Under the pieces are notes generated by a model. The model was given only the letters and a program-made list of their open reading frames with translations. It was not told the origin of the DNA and made no database searches. Both the position numbers and the translations under genes were made by a program. A DNA stretch of 64,000 nt, from assembly GCA_951406725.2 (NCBI GenBank), contig OX597814.1, forward strand, positions 12,586,001-12,650,000, given 5' to 3'. Shown piece by piece: positions 22,171-35,681 of the stretch. This DNA comes from Octopus vulgaris (Eukaryota). The first letter of the stretch is position 1, and each line of letters opens with the position of its first letter.

Positions 22171-24653
22171 TTGGGTCATCCTATAAATTATGCGGTTTTT
22201 TCAATTGCATGAGCTAAAAGTTGGAGGGGGACAGGATAAGCTGTTATAAAAGCAGCTAGTAGTTTTACCTCCTTATTCTTAGTGCAAGTTTTGAAGAGTG
22301 CAGTTCGATTTTCATAGTTATTTTTTCAAAGCTATAATGGAAGTGACAAAGTAGCATACTCGGCATACTTTGCATTATGAGTTCAATAAAGGCAACAACG
22401 AAAAGTGCGAGGAATATTAGTGTAATATATTGTGATCGAACAATAAGCGTTAGAATCAACTGTGGCTCCAGAAATTCCGTCCTGGAAACTGCAGCCTTGA
22501 AGACAAGCTTCGTCCTGGAAGTTCAGTAGAGCTCGACGAGGACATCCGTCAAACCTTGGTGGAGCAGAATCCAGTCGTAACAGCCGAGAAATTATCCGAG
22601 ATACTTGGATTTCTCATTCAATCATTCATCGACATCTGCATACCATCGGAAAAGTCAGCAAATTGGGCCAATGTGTTCCTCACAAAGTTCCCGAGTGTAA
22701 TCGTGCGCAGAGAGTGAATATGTGCTCTTCTTTGCTGTCACGTCTCACGAATGAACCTTTATTGGACCAAATAGTGACTGGTGACGAGAAATAGTTTCTC
22801 TATATAAATGTCAAGTGCCGAAGACAGTGGGTAGGGAAAAGAGAAATACCGGCAGCCAGGGTAAAGAAGGTCTTCACCCACGTAAGGTGTTGTTATCTGT
22901 TTAGACAGATATGAAAGGTTTAGTCCACTTTGAAATTTTCAACATAAACCTAATGATAACAAAAGACAACTATTACGAGCAGCCCGAGCGGCTTAAATCA
23001 GATCAAGAAGAAAAAACACCATCTTTGGTTTCAAGACGAAAGTTGTTCTTCCATCAGGATAATTCTGGGCCACATACAGCGAGGATGACATTCCAAAGGC
23101 TGGAGCATTTTGAATGGGAAACGATGATCCATCTACCATATTCGCCCCATCTAATTATCATTTTTTTGCGCAGTCGTCAAAATCATTTGGACGGAAAATA
23201 CATGAATTCTTTAGAGAGGTCAGAACAGTAGTAGAGGATTACTTTTCGTCACGGACAAAGGAATTTTGGAAGAGGAGCCTTGCAAGTCTACCAGATAGAT
23301 AGAACAGCATTGTAGAAAATGAAGGAGAATAGGTTAAAAAGAACTTTGTCTTAATTTTGAAAAATAAAGTATCAGGTCATCCCTTAAGTTCTGTCCGATT
23401 TTACCTTTTTTTAAATTGAATGAAATTTAATAGTATTTTAGAATGTCTAATGGAAATTAAAAATTATTTTTATGCATCTGTGTACATTTAAACTAATTAA
23501 ATATTATTTTTCAGAATAATAGAATTCATTTTTTTTTATTAAAAGCCTTTCTAACATGGAAGTATCCAAAGAGCATTTAAGGCAATAATGCTTTATGAGT
23601 ACAAAAAAGGAAACTTTGCAGCGGAAGCGACTCGATACATACACTCAGTTTATGGGGAAAAATGCTTGAATAAAAGAACTTGCAGGAGATGTTTTGTAAA
23701 ATTCAGAAGTAGAGATTTCAGCCTTGAAGATGAAGATCGAACAGGACGTCTAGTTGAGTTTGATGATAAGCTCCTTCAGGCATTACTTGAAGAAAATCCT
23801 GCATTATCAGTTGAAGAATTGGAAATAAAGCTTAGTTCATGCAATACAACTGTCCATCGTCATCTTCAACAACTTGGAAAGGTTCCTAAACTTCGAAAAT
23901 GGGTGTCTCATGAATTCTCCGAAAGCAACCGCAAACCACGAGTTGACATCTGCTCTTCTCACCATTCTCTCGAACTCATTTCATCCTTTTTGGATAGACT
24001 TGTGACTGGTGACGAAAAATGGATCTTCTACCGAAATATTAAACGTCGTAAACAGTGGCTTGGTAAGAGGGAAAAAGCTCAACCACAACCGAGAAGGGAA
24101 CTTCATGGAAAAAAGGTTCTTCTCTCTAACTGGTGGGATTACAATTGTTACCACCTAATGCTCAAGCCTACTGTCAGCAATTAGAGCGTTTGAACCAAGC
24201 TTTGAAGAAAAGAACCAAGCTTTAGTGAATCGAAAAGGAGTGATGTTTCATTAGGACAATGTGCGACCTCACACTAAAAAGATCACATAACAGAAGATCG
24301 AAGAGCTTGGTTGGCAAAAAATTCCTTATCCACCTTATTCTCCCGACCTCGCTCCTTCAGACTACTATTTGTTTCGTAGTTTACGAATCATTTGGGGGAC
24401 ATAACTTTCGCAAGGCAGGAGGAGATCGAAACTGACATTTCAGAGTTCTTCGCTTTGAAACCAAAAGAGTTTTACATTGATGGGATTGAAAAGCTTATGA
24501 ATAGATGTAAGGAAGTCATAGATAATCAAGGAAAGTACATTGATGATTAAATTTCAAATAAATGTAACATTTGATTACTTTATTCAAAATTCGGACAGAA
24601 CTTATGGGATGACCTGATATTAAAAAAACTGCATTATTTATGGGATGACTAAA
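22171..24653 (+). mobile_element. Mariner element A (degenerate transposase), host of nested mariner B
   Basis: 5' TIR TTGGGTCATCCTATAAATTATGCGGTTTTT and 3' TIR AAAAACTGCATTATTTATGGGATGACTAAA. Motifs VTGDEK, FHQDN and HLPYSP lie in broken frames at 22450-23330. Confidence 0.85.
23372..24617 (+). mobile_element. Full-length mariner element B (DD34D transposase pseudogene), TA TSD
   Basis: TIRs TCAGGTCATCCCTTAAGTTCTGTCCGA / TCGGACAGAACTTATGGGATGACCTGA, with TA at 23370-71 and 24618-19. ORF from ATG 23556 has WVSHE, LVTGDEKWIFY and PPYSPDLAPSDY, with frameshifts and stops. Confidence 0.93.
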
Positions 24654-24806
24654 TGTATATGTGTGTGCTGCTGTTATGTTTGTGGGGTTGCTATGTTCCC
24701 TCAAAATCACTTATTCCGTATTTTGGTGCCTCTGCAGTGCACCATGCGCACCAATACCTTGTCGGTAAATGTGTTAAACGGAAAATGTGCAGAACTTGTA
24801 GACACA

Positions 24807-24844
<38 letters not shown>

Positions 24845-26646
24845 TACATACACGTTTACACACACATATACGCAACTGTTTGTACGTGTCAAATCAGAGA
24901 ATGTAAAACTCTTAAAGTGATTATGGTAGCATCAAATTTTTTCATCTTATTAACTTCGCATGATTCACTTCACCGAACGTATCAGCGGTGTTTATATCAG
25001 TGAATCCTATTGTCAACGTTCGGTAATTTTCAAATAATAACATCACAATCCGGTTTATGTCTGCACAGATTATTTCATATATCATTTACTGAAAGTTTTC
25101 TCCTTAACGCACGTCTCTCTTATTGCTGATCGAATAACGATATCCAAGAACGTAAATTTCGCTACCAAAAAAATAAAATAAAAGCTTTTCTTTTTAGTTC
25201 TGAAGCTACATTCAGACGGAAATACAATTGCCGAAATGCTAGAGACGAAATTATTCAGGCTATACATGACAAGTAATTTAGACTCCACAACTGTTTGGTA
25301 ATCATAAAGGAAATGGCTAGCACGACCCAATATGCTCTCAATTTTCAGTGAATCTATCAATGCAGATTGATTTCTTTTATTCTGGCGTCTTCTAATAGTA
25401 AATGTATCCGGAACAACATTTCCGCAAAGGAAACAATATTGTAGGAAGATATCTATCGCAAGAATTTAATAAGAAAATATCCAATTTTCTGCTTATGATT
25501 CTCTTTCTATGAAAATTGAGAAATGTAACAACCACGCTCTGGCTTTATGACAAATCCGTACATTTATGTACATAATGTATACTTAAACATTCATAATTTA
25601 ACCCATTTTCATTCGTTATGCTGAATATGTAAAGTCGACGTTAAGGCGTTATATAAGTGAAGTGTCGATGTTCAATGTAAACTTTATAGTATTATTCATA
25701 TAAGGAGAAAATATCGAACAAAAATGCCTCCTGCTATTTGAGTTTAGCATTCTAATTCTGAGTTTAAATATTATAAAGTCCAACCGTATCGTCCACGGTT
25801 GATAGAGTAAAATATCCGCATGTGCTAAGAAATATTTAATCGTCTATAACTAAGTTTAAAATCCTGCTTCGATAAGAAAGCCATCGCTGATATAATTGAT
25901 ATAAATGGTTCCAAAACTTTAAACGTAACGAAGCAAAAATAACACTTGCCAATGGAAATAGCATTGATAAGACATTAAAATAAATTATTGAATTTATCTG
26001 ACTTAAGAACCAATAAACAGTGTATTGCTGATATCAGCGATCTTTTGAACAGTAGCATTCTCGTGCATTCAACAATTTGCTTATTGATCTTCTTAGGAAT
26101 GTTGGCAAACCAAGTCATTTTCTTTGGTTTAAAAATTTATCTTAAAAGATTTTCGTGATGAATTTACGCATGACAGGCAACTAAGCCGAGGTATCATATT
26201 GACGGTTAAATGTTTGCTTATATGCCGCATGTATGTATGTATGTATGTATGTATGTATGTATGTATGTATGTATGTATGTATGTATGTATGTATGTATGT
26301 ATGTATGTATGTATGTGTGTATGTGTGTGTACATGTGTGTGTGTGTGTGCATGGGCAGCGTGCGTGTGTTTTTAGAGGGAATGTAACTCTACAAAATATT
26401 CTGAATGTTTATTTATTTGGGTTAAATAAAATTAAATTTCTTACAATATTATGTACTGTGCTGATGACAGCTTGTTTAATAATTACTGCTTCCAAGTAGT
26501 CGGGTTGTAATTGTGTTCCTATTAGGGTGTTTACACAGGAATGCACCTTCAGTTCTCACAGGTGGTATGGTTTACAAACACACCCACCCACACACACACC
26601 CACCCACACACACACACACACACAAATATATATATACTTTATTTTT

Positions 26647-26853
26647 CTTTTATTCTTTTACTTGTTTCAGTCATTTGACTGCGGCCATGCTGGAGCACCG
26701 CCTTTAGTCGAGCAAATCGACCCCGGGACTTATTCTTTGTAAGCCCAGTACTTGTTCTATCGGTCTCTTATGCCGAACCGCTAAGTGACGGGGATGTAAA
26801 CACACCAGCATCGGTTGTCAAGCAATGCTAGGGGGACAAACACAGACACACAA

Positions 26854-26886
<33 letters not shown>

Positions 26887-27058
26887 CATATATACGACAA
26901 GCTTCTTTCAGTTTCCGTCTACCAAATCCACTCGCAAGGCATTGGTCGGCCCGGGGCTATAGCAGAAGACACTTGCCCAAGATGCCACGTAGTGGGACTG
27001 AACCCGCAACCATGTGGTTGGTTAGCAAGTTACTTACCACACAGCCACTCCTGCGCCT
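26647..27058 (-). mobile_element. SINE family A
   Basis: High identity to the other copies. Confidence 0.92.
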
Positions 27059-27093
27059 ATATATATAGATATGTATACATAAGTATACATACA

Positions 27094-27471
27094 GTGGAAG
27101 CGCAATGGTCCAGTGGTTAGAGAAGTGGATTTGCGGTCATAGGATCGCTGTTTCAATTCTCAGACTGAACGTTATGAGTGTTTACCGAGCGAAAAAGCCA
27201 AAATCATCACAAGGCTCTGGCAGGGGGTGGTGATGAACTCTGCTGAACCCTTTAATCACAACTTTCGCTCCCTTTCTTCCTGTCGCTGTTGTCCACGTAT
27301 TTGAAAGGGCCAGCCTTGTCACTCTCTGTGTTACGCTGTATCTCCCCGAGAACTACATTAAGGGTACACCTGTCTGTGGAGTGCTCAGCCATTTGCACGT
27401 CAATTTCACGAGCTGGCTCTTTCGATGATCGGATCAAGTGGAACCCTGGTCCTCGTAACCGACGGAGTGCC
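27094..27471 (+). mobile_element. SINE family C (more diverged)
   Basis: Colinear with the reverse complement of 17451-17852, ending CGTAACCGACGGAGTGCC. Confidence 0.85.
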
Positions 27472-27623
27472 ACACACACATACACATACTAATATACTTA
27501 CATGCCTCTTAAATTGTATACCAATGCATGTACACACACACACATAAATATTTACATATATACACATATACACATTCATACATATACATATATGCATACA
27601 TATACATATATAGACATATATAG

Positions 27624-27676
<53 letters not shown>

Positions 27677-28278
27677 AATTCTATAATTATAAACATAATT
27701 ATTATTAGGGAGCAGCTAATTGCTTCAGCACATACTGAATTAAGAAATAGGAGTTAAAAATTCTCTTTCTATTGCTGTAAGAATCACGAGAACAGTAACA
27801 CACTTTTTTATGTAGGCAAAGAGAAAACAATGGATCAACACGACTCCGATTAGCCACAGACGCGTTTCGAGATTAAAGTGTGTTTTAAAATTACTTCTCT
27901 CTTCAGTGTAGCATTTCCAATTATAAAATTTGAAGGTGCCAGGGTTAAATATGCACACGATCGAGCGATATCGTGCAACAGATATCAAACCAACACTTCC
28001 AAAATTTACACAGCCGAATGTGAAATCACTATTCATCCCTTGTACCCACGTGTATGTTACGAACAGTACCGCAGAAAACAGCAGTATTCTATCATAGAGT
28101 AAATTATAATTTCAAATTAATAATAAAAGTGTAAAATTAATTAAATTACTCCTACGCCAGAAAAAATTTCACTAAATGAATAAATTAATACAGACATTGC
28201 TTCCATTTCCTGAGCGCCTATTAATAATAATACTGTAATTGTTCCCTTGTTGTTGTTTTTTTGTTTCCCGTTTGGATT

Positions 28279-28284
<6 letters not shown>

Positions 28285-28332
<48 letters not shown>

Positions 28333-28396
28333 GTGTGTATGTGTGTGTGTATGTTTGTGTGTGTGTGTGTGTGTGTGTATGTTTGTGTGTGTGTGT

Positions 28397-28443
<47 letters not shown>

Positions 28444-28846
28444 TGTTTGTGGGTGCATTCTTTCAATGGTTACCAGGGTAGTGAAAATTCACATAAGTGC
28501 CAAGGATATTATAGATACTATACTTATAAAGGTAGAAATTCCAGGGTTAAGTGAAATGTTTTTGTGCAATAAGATTCGGTTAAAATGGCTTATCGATGTG
28601 TTTTGTTTCTCTTTTTTTTTCCTAACGAGAAGAATGCATTGTTTTACATCATTTTATTCCCTCCGGATGAATATCAATACTTTCTTCGAAACATATGTCG
28701 GAAGTATAAAGATTTGAATAACACCTGCGTTTGACTCAATATTGATGATTTTGTTTATGTATGTAAATATATATACACACATACAGACACACACACGTAC
28801 ATGCATGTATATAGATATAGATACATACCAATACATACATGTATAC

Positions 28847-28888
<42 letters not shown>

Positions 28889-29189
28889 ACACACATCCAT
28901 ATGTGCACACATCCATATATATATATAGACATATATATATACTTACACATATACATATATACTTACACTCAATCATACATAAATATACACATATACATAC
29001 ATACATACATACATACATATACACACACACATATATACATAGACATATCTCAATATACATACATATCTTATCTTTATTCTTATTTTGTGTTTACGTTTTC
29101 ATTTATATTTTTCCTTGATTTCATTTACTTTTTCGTCCTCTTCTTCTTCACCTTCTTTACCTTCTTTCTTCGTTCCTCTTGTTGCTGTT

Positions 29190-29221
<32 letters not shown>

Positions 29222-29708
29222 TGTTGTTGTTGTTGTTCTTCTTCTTCTTCTCTTCTTTCTCCTCCTCCTCTTCCTCTTTTTCTTCTTTTTCCCACTTGCT
29301 TTTGTATGTATATATTTATACACACACATACACACATACATACATGTATATAGATATGCATAAATACACACATATATATACGCACACTCACACACATACA
29401 TATATTCGTATACGTGTACAAATACATACTCACACACACATATAAATACATATAAACATATATACACAGACAGACACACACACACACATATACATATACA
29501 TACTTATACATACATGCTCCTAAGCCAGTTGGTAATAAAATACATATTCGTTTTACAAATTTGCAAAGATATATATATACACAAAATAAAAATAAGTATA
29601 AAGATATGTGTGTATATGTTTGTGTGTGTATTGAGATATGTCTATATGTATATGTGTATATGTATGTATGTATGATTGAGTGTAAGTATATGTATATGTG
29701 TATGTATG

Positions 29709-29752
<44 letters not shown>

Positions 29753-29814
29753 TATATATACGCCAGAAGAGAATCACTAAAGTAATAAATTAATACTGGC
29801 ATGGAAGGAAAACA

Positions 29815-29883
<69 letters not shown>

Positions 29884-30279
29884 TACGAGTATGAATGTGC
29901 GTGTATATGTATACAGGTGTGTGTTTGTGTAGATATGTATATGTATATATATATGTACATGCACATATGTGTGTGTGTATATGTGCATGTGTATGTATAA
30001 ATGTGTGTTTGTATGCATATATATGTGTGTGTACATTCAAAGGTATAAGGATTGAGAGCCATGTACGTACATTGACATATGCATGTGAATATGTTTTTAT
30101 GTGTATATGTACATATATATATATATATATATATATGTAAATATGTGTGTATAAGTGTATATATATGTATGTATATACATATATATATGTATGTATGTGT
30201 ATGTTTATATATACATATGCGTATATAACTGCCTGTATGTGTGTATGTATATGCAAATTCTGATGCGTGTGTATATGTT

Positions 30280-30322
<43 letters not shown>

Positions 30323-30326
30323 ACAT
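28285..30326. repeat. Compound microsatellite field: (TA)n, (TG)n, (TACA)n, (TAG/TTG/TTC)n
   Basis: Direct reading. Explains the many YIYI/VCVC/THTH ORFs here. Confidence 0.95.
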
Positions 30327-30327
30327 A

Positions 30328-31120
30328 CAGTGTGAGTGAAAAATAAGTAGGCATTAAAAGTTGGTAATAAAATCTATATTTCTTTTACAAATTTATTTAA
30401 ACAAATGATACATGTTCTTTATTGTATGGAAAAAGTAAATCTTCATATTTCAAAGTATGAACCGCTGGCGTCAATCCGTTTCCTCATATTGCCAGGGATG
30501 GAATGAAAACCTTCTAAAGGACGTCGTCTGGGATATCATGGAGGATGACCTCCTGAATCCGTGTCGCTAACTCCTTCAGTGTGCGAGATTTTGTCTTATA
30601 TTCACAGTGAGATCTGGACTTCTGCGGTCACTATCTTCATAGTTCAGATCTTGCACGTAATGGCGTTTCCACAGAAGAAAATTCAATTCTTTATACAACA
30701 CTGTACGTATTGTATGTCTTGTTAGTGCACTTTCACGAGCTGCTTGACGTATTTTGCGGCTGCGATTAAACATTGTTACGTTCTCTGCTGATTGAGATGT
30801 GGTTGGACGGCTGCTTCTTCTTCCAGCGTTCACAGAGCCCGTGATCATCAGCTTTGCATAACAACTTTTTATTGTGTCCGGAAGTAGTGTTGCATGCTTA
30901 CGTTTCTATGCACGCCACCATCTTTGAACAAAAACAATGGAATTCCACACTTCATAGCGTGCTGCTTTCGTAGTTCGCTCACGAACAATCAAGTGACCGG
31001 CCCTATGGAAAGTAAGGAATAAGACAATAAGAAAATAAAAATCCCTGTTTAAAAAATAGTTTCGTCATGACTTCAGTGATGCTAAAATTCTATAAGCCTG
31101 GTTACTTTCCACCCACCCTG
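30328..31120 (-). mobile_element. Internally deleted Tc1/mariner-superfamily element (rosa/DD41D-like)
   Basis: Degenerate TIRs CAGTGTGAGTGAAAAATAAGTAGGC and (reverse complement) CAGGGTGGGTGGAAAGTAACCAGGC. ORF 30576-30848 TGSV....SSRP....ENV..IRQAARE..VQDL...D..RR is fused directly to SPDLT. Confidence 0.7.
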
Positions 31121-31121
31121 C

Positions 31122-31152
<31 letters not shown>

Positions 31153-31684
31153 TAATCCAAACAAGAAAGCACAAAAAAACACAACGCGAGGACGTGGAAC
31201 AAATATAGTATTTTTGGACGCTCAGGAAAGAAGGAAGGAGATATATGCATATATGTGTGTGTGTGTGTGTGTTTATGTGTGGGTGGGTGTGGGTGAATGT
31301 ATGTGTGTGCCTGCATATATACAGATGTATGTGCATATATGTATATATATATTTTTCCAAATTTGTCTAAATGAGTATAGAGTGATATACCAGTTGAATA
31401 AAGTAAAATCCTAATCTGGTTTTCACGTATTTTTATTTTTGTATTCAAAGAATTTTTTTACAATGTTGGAGTGTGTTAAACATTAAAAATACTTATCTTC
31501 CATTTTAAAGGATTACAGAATTAACACTAGTTATAGGAACATAGACCTCCTTCCACGAAAAGATAGCTTAAACTGTGCTCTAAATGGAGGTGTCGTCAAA
31601 TCCTATTTTATGGACTCAACCATGTTCTAAAATAAGTCGAAAGGTATGCTACTATAAATCGGCAAGAACTTTCCGGACAACCCA

Positions 31685-31740
<56 letters not shown>

Positions 31741-31745
<5 letters not shown>

Positions 31746-32540
31746 ACAATTTAAAAATAAGATAAAATCTTCGTAAGAATTTGTCAAGTAGTTAGCGTGA
31801 AAAACCTCATAAGAGAAAAAAAACCCATCAATTTTTTTCTCTTTAAATTTATTTATTTATATTATATAGAGAGCACTATTACACATAGATGCCACACGCT
31901 AGGAGGGACTCTTAAAGTCAAAACTACTAAAATAAATAAACACATCGTACCGAAACCAATTCTCGAAGCAGGTCATTTAAAAACAGAATTTAGCCGCATA
32001 TCACTGTGATTTCGTAATAAGTGCAGTTTTATGCATTTTTTACTCTTCAGTGCAAGCATAATTCAAGATATATACAGTGAATAAACAAAAACAACATACC
32101 AGGCGAACAGCTATTGTATCCAACGCAGCATGTAGGAATGTTTACCCCTTACACATCTATGTAAATGGCGGGCTTTTCGAATTGCATTTCGGTAACAACG
32201 TGATTATTCGGAATAAAAATTCATTTTTGAATATACTCCGGTTAAATTTACAATTTAAAAATAGGATAAAATCTTTGTAAGAATGTATCAAGTAGTTAGC
32301 GTGAAAAACCTCGAAAAGAGAAAAAAGAATCAATTTTTTCTCTTTAAATTTATTTATTTATATTATATAGAGAGCACTCTTACACATAGATGCCACACGC
32401 TAGGAGGGACTCTTAAAGTCAAAACTACTAAAATAAATAAACACATCGTATCGAAACCAATTTTTTATTTTAGTAGTTTTGACTTTAAGAGTTCCTCTTA
32501 GCGTGTGGCATCTATGTGTAACAGTGCTCTCTATATAATA
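31741..32540. repeat. ~220-bp direct repeat plus ~75-bp inverted copy (PLE pseudo-LTR-like)
   Basis: 31741-31961 matches 32245-32462. 32465-32540 is the reverse complement of part of the unit. Bounded by (TA)n on both sides. Confidence 0.75.
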
Positions 32541-32772
32541 TATATATATATATATATGAATAATGAGAGTGACGGAAGTCGGTTGATACGAGAATGTTTA
32601 TTACTCTCTATAGTTATTTCCACCAGTCTAGCATCGATCCTGCACTGCTAGGATACGTAGCAAATCATGTAGGAGTATCCGACGGTGTAGGTGTGCCTCT
32701 TCAGATGATTACAAGATGCATACATACATACATACATACATACATACATACATACATACATACATACATACA

Positions 32773-32808
<36 letters not shown>

Positions 32809-33127
32809 TATATTTCGTTTTTGGATTTGGTGTGCAAGATTCTTTATGTGAGTTCGTGTGTTAAAGCATATTCTGTTGTGTCTGGGAGTGAGTGGAAATT
32901 TTACCGGTGAGTGTGTTAAATTATATGGCACAAAAAGAAAATGACAGTCCCTAGACACAACAGTACATTCCATTTTAATGATCTGAAAATAAATAAAAAT
33001 TAACTAAAAGAAAAAAAATAGTTTCCAAAATGATTCAAAAATAGAGTTCTCGGAAAAAATTGATTTCAAATTTTAAAAACGCAATAAATTCCAAAATTTA
33101 ATTAACGGCGGGAACTTAGTTGCCAAA

Positions 33128-33186
<59 letters not shown>

Positions 33187-33361
33187 ACATATAAACATTC
33201 ATGACAAAATGTTTGGAACATAGGTGTAAAAAATAGATTTTTATATTAAATACCCAAAATTAATATCAAACTTATATTTGAATCGAATTGCACTTGAGCA
33301 TAACAACTTTAATTTTTTAAAAATTTTGGCAAAACGCTTGGACACGACTGTATATTGATAT

Positions 33362-33422
<61 letters not shown>

Positions 33423-33434
33423 CATATATGTATA

Positions 33435-33486
<52 letters not shown>

Positions 33487-33506
33487 CATACATACATATA
33501 TGTATA

Positions 33507-33550
<44 letters not shown>

Positions 33551-33624
33551 GAAACATGTGTGTGTATGTATACTAGCACAAATACTCGACCTTTCTCGGG
33601 ATTAAAATGGCAGAGATTTTTATT

Positions 33625-33875
33625 GTTTTATTTGCTTCACTCATGTGACTGCGGCTATGTTAGAGCCACATAATTTACTCTTTGCATGCATAGTATTCAT
33701 TGTATCATCGTCTTTTGTCGAACTGCTAGGTTAATGGAGCGTAGACACAGCAACATCGGTTGTCAAGCAATGATGGGGGTACAAACACAAACACATAAAT
33801 ATACACATATATACGACAGTTTTCATTCTGTTTCCGTGTACGAAATCCACTCACAAGGCTTTCGTCGGCCTGAGC
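33625..33875 (-). mobile_element. Diverged SINE family A fragment
   Basis: CAGCAACATCGGTTGTCAAGCAATG and AAATCCACTCACAAGGCTTT motifs. Confidence 0.65.
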
Positions 33876-33904
33876 TTATAATAATCTGATTTTTAAGTTA
33901 TGTC

Positions 33905-34191
33905 TATTGAAGAGATTTCTGTAAGTATAATTTCCATCTCTTTCGATCTCTATCAAATGCTATGCGCGGAGTTTCGTTCAATACTGATGCAGAATTGAGA
34001 GCTGGGTTGGATCAATTTTGCTAGTCGAAATCGGTTGATTTCTACCAATGAGATATTGAAAATCTTGTTGAATGTCGGGAAGAAGTTGTAAACAAAATGG
34101 GTGAATAGATTATTGATTAATTAGTTGTTATTTTTTATTAAACCTTTTAAAAGCTTTAAATTAAAAAAACGGTTGGAGCTTAGTTGCCAGC

Positions 34192-34197
<6 letters not shown>
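33905..34197 (+). mobile_element. Mariner 3' fragment with TIR
   Basis: FHLFRSLSNAMRG..F....L...LDQF...K..DFY...IENLVE..EEVVNK.GE, then TIR CTTAGTTGCCAGCCCAA|TA. A similar TIR lies at 33105-33132. Confidence 0.75.
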
Positions 34198-34247
<50 letters not shown>

Positions 34248-34427
34248 AGTGCATGTATTTGTATCTGAGAGGGAGAAAGAGAGAGGGAGAGAGTAAGGGT
34301 GTGTGTGTGTGTATGTGTGTGCTTGCGCGTGCTTTTGTGTGTTGACAGGAAGTCCTAAAACTTTCAGTTATTTATTTTAGCAGGCCTAAATATGTTCCTT
34401 TAAACAGATAGCAAAATATCATATATT

Positions 34428-34459
<32 letters not shown>

Positions 34460-35188
34460 TGTATGTATGTATGTATGTATGTATGTATGTATGTATGTAT
34501 GTATGTGTGTGTGTATGTATGTATGTATGTATGTATGTATGTATGTGTATGTATGTATGCATATATGTAAGTATGTATGTGTGTGTATGTATGTATGCAT
34601 ATATGTAAGTATTTATGTGTTTATATGTATGTATGTATTTATGTACTTATATATGAATGTCTACGTATATGTACGTATAACAAGTCATTAAAATAAAAAT
34701 ATATAGATATAGCAAGCGCGCATGTGATTTAGGATTAAAAATTAAATACCAAAATTTCCCTTCTTTGACTTATATAGTTTATCCTATTTGGTGTTTCATT
34801 CTGTATGGATGGTTTCCTTTAAAGAAAATTGTCAATATCTATTCACCCTTTTATCTAGTATTCAGAAGAATACTGACTGTAGATCAATCTCAAATTCGTT
34901 AATCACCTTTTATTTGTAATATAAATTCGAATTAAGGAATAGAAACAGCTGTATTATAAAAACATTATCAATACAGCATATTCAATATGTGTGGGTTTCT
35001 TCAGCTCTGAAGCTGAGGCTTTTCTCCCGGAATATTCCCTGTAAAGAAATATGGTGCTAAAAAACATAATATAATTGAGAACAACTCCTTTGATACACCC
35101 ACATACACACACATATATATATATATATTTGCATACATACATGTATATGTATGTATATGTGTGTGTATGTCTATCTATCTATATACAT

Positions 35189-35515
35189 AGCAATTAAGGG
35201 TTTAGCAACGAATTGCCTTACCGCACACCGAATTTAGAAATAGCAGTCAAAGAGATTATAGCTATTTCTTCTACTAAAAAGGGAGATCTCAGTAAAAACA
35301 CAGCATTTGAAAGGCAACCACAAACAGGTAAGAGAGAAACTGTATGATAGATTGCCGTCAATTCATTCTCTCTTACCTGTTTGTGGTTGCCTTTCAAATG
35401 CTGTGTTTTTACTGAGATCTCCCTTTTTAGTAGAAGAAATAGCTATAATCTCTTTGACTGCTATTTCTAAATTCGGTGTGCGGTAAGGCAATTCGTTGCT
35501 AAACCCTTAATTGCT
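35189..35515. repeat. 150-bp inverted repeat with 27-nt spacer
   Basis: 35189-35338 is the reverse complement of 35366-35515. No mismatch seen by eye. Confidence 0.92.
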
Positions 35516-35632
35516 TAGTATTACTTAAATTTTCCTCGAATGAGGCTTTTACATGCCGAAGACTACTTGGTGTAATTGATAATTATTCCAAATTAATTAA
35601 TTTCACCCTTCATTGTTACTGATAACCATATC

Positions 35633-35681
<49 letters not shown>

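Noticed and set aside
28141-30346. Numerous long ORFs (YIYI, VCVC, THTH, poly-T/Q/S/V)
   Set aside because: Translations of stop-free microsatellites. The same applies at 33241-33673, 48744-49150 and 57034-58245.
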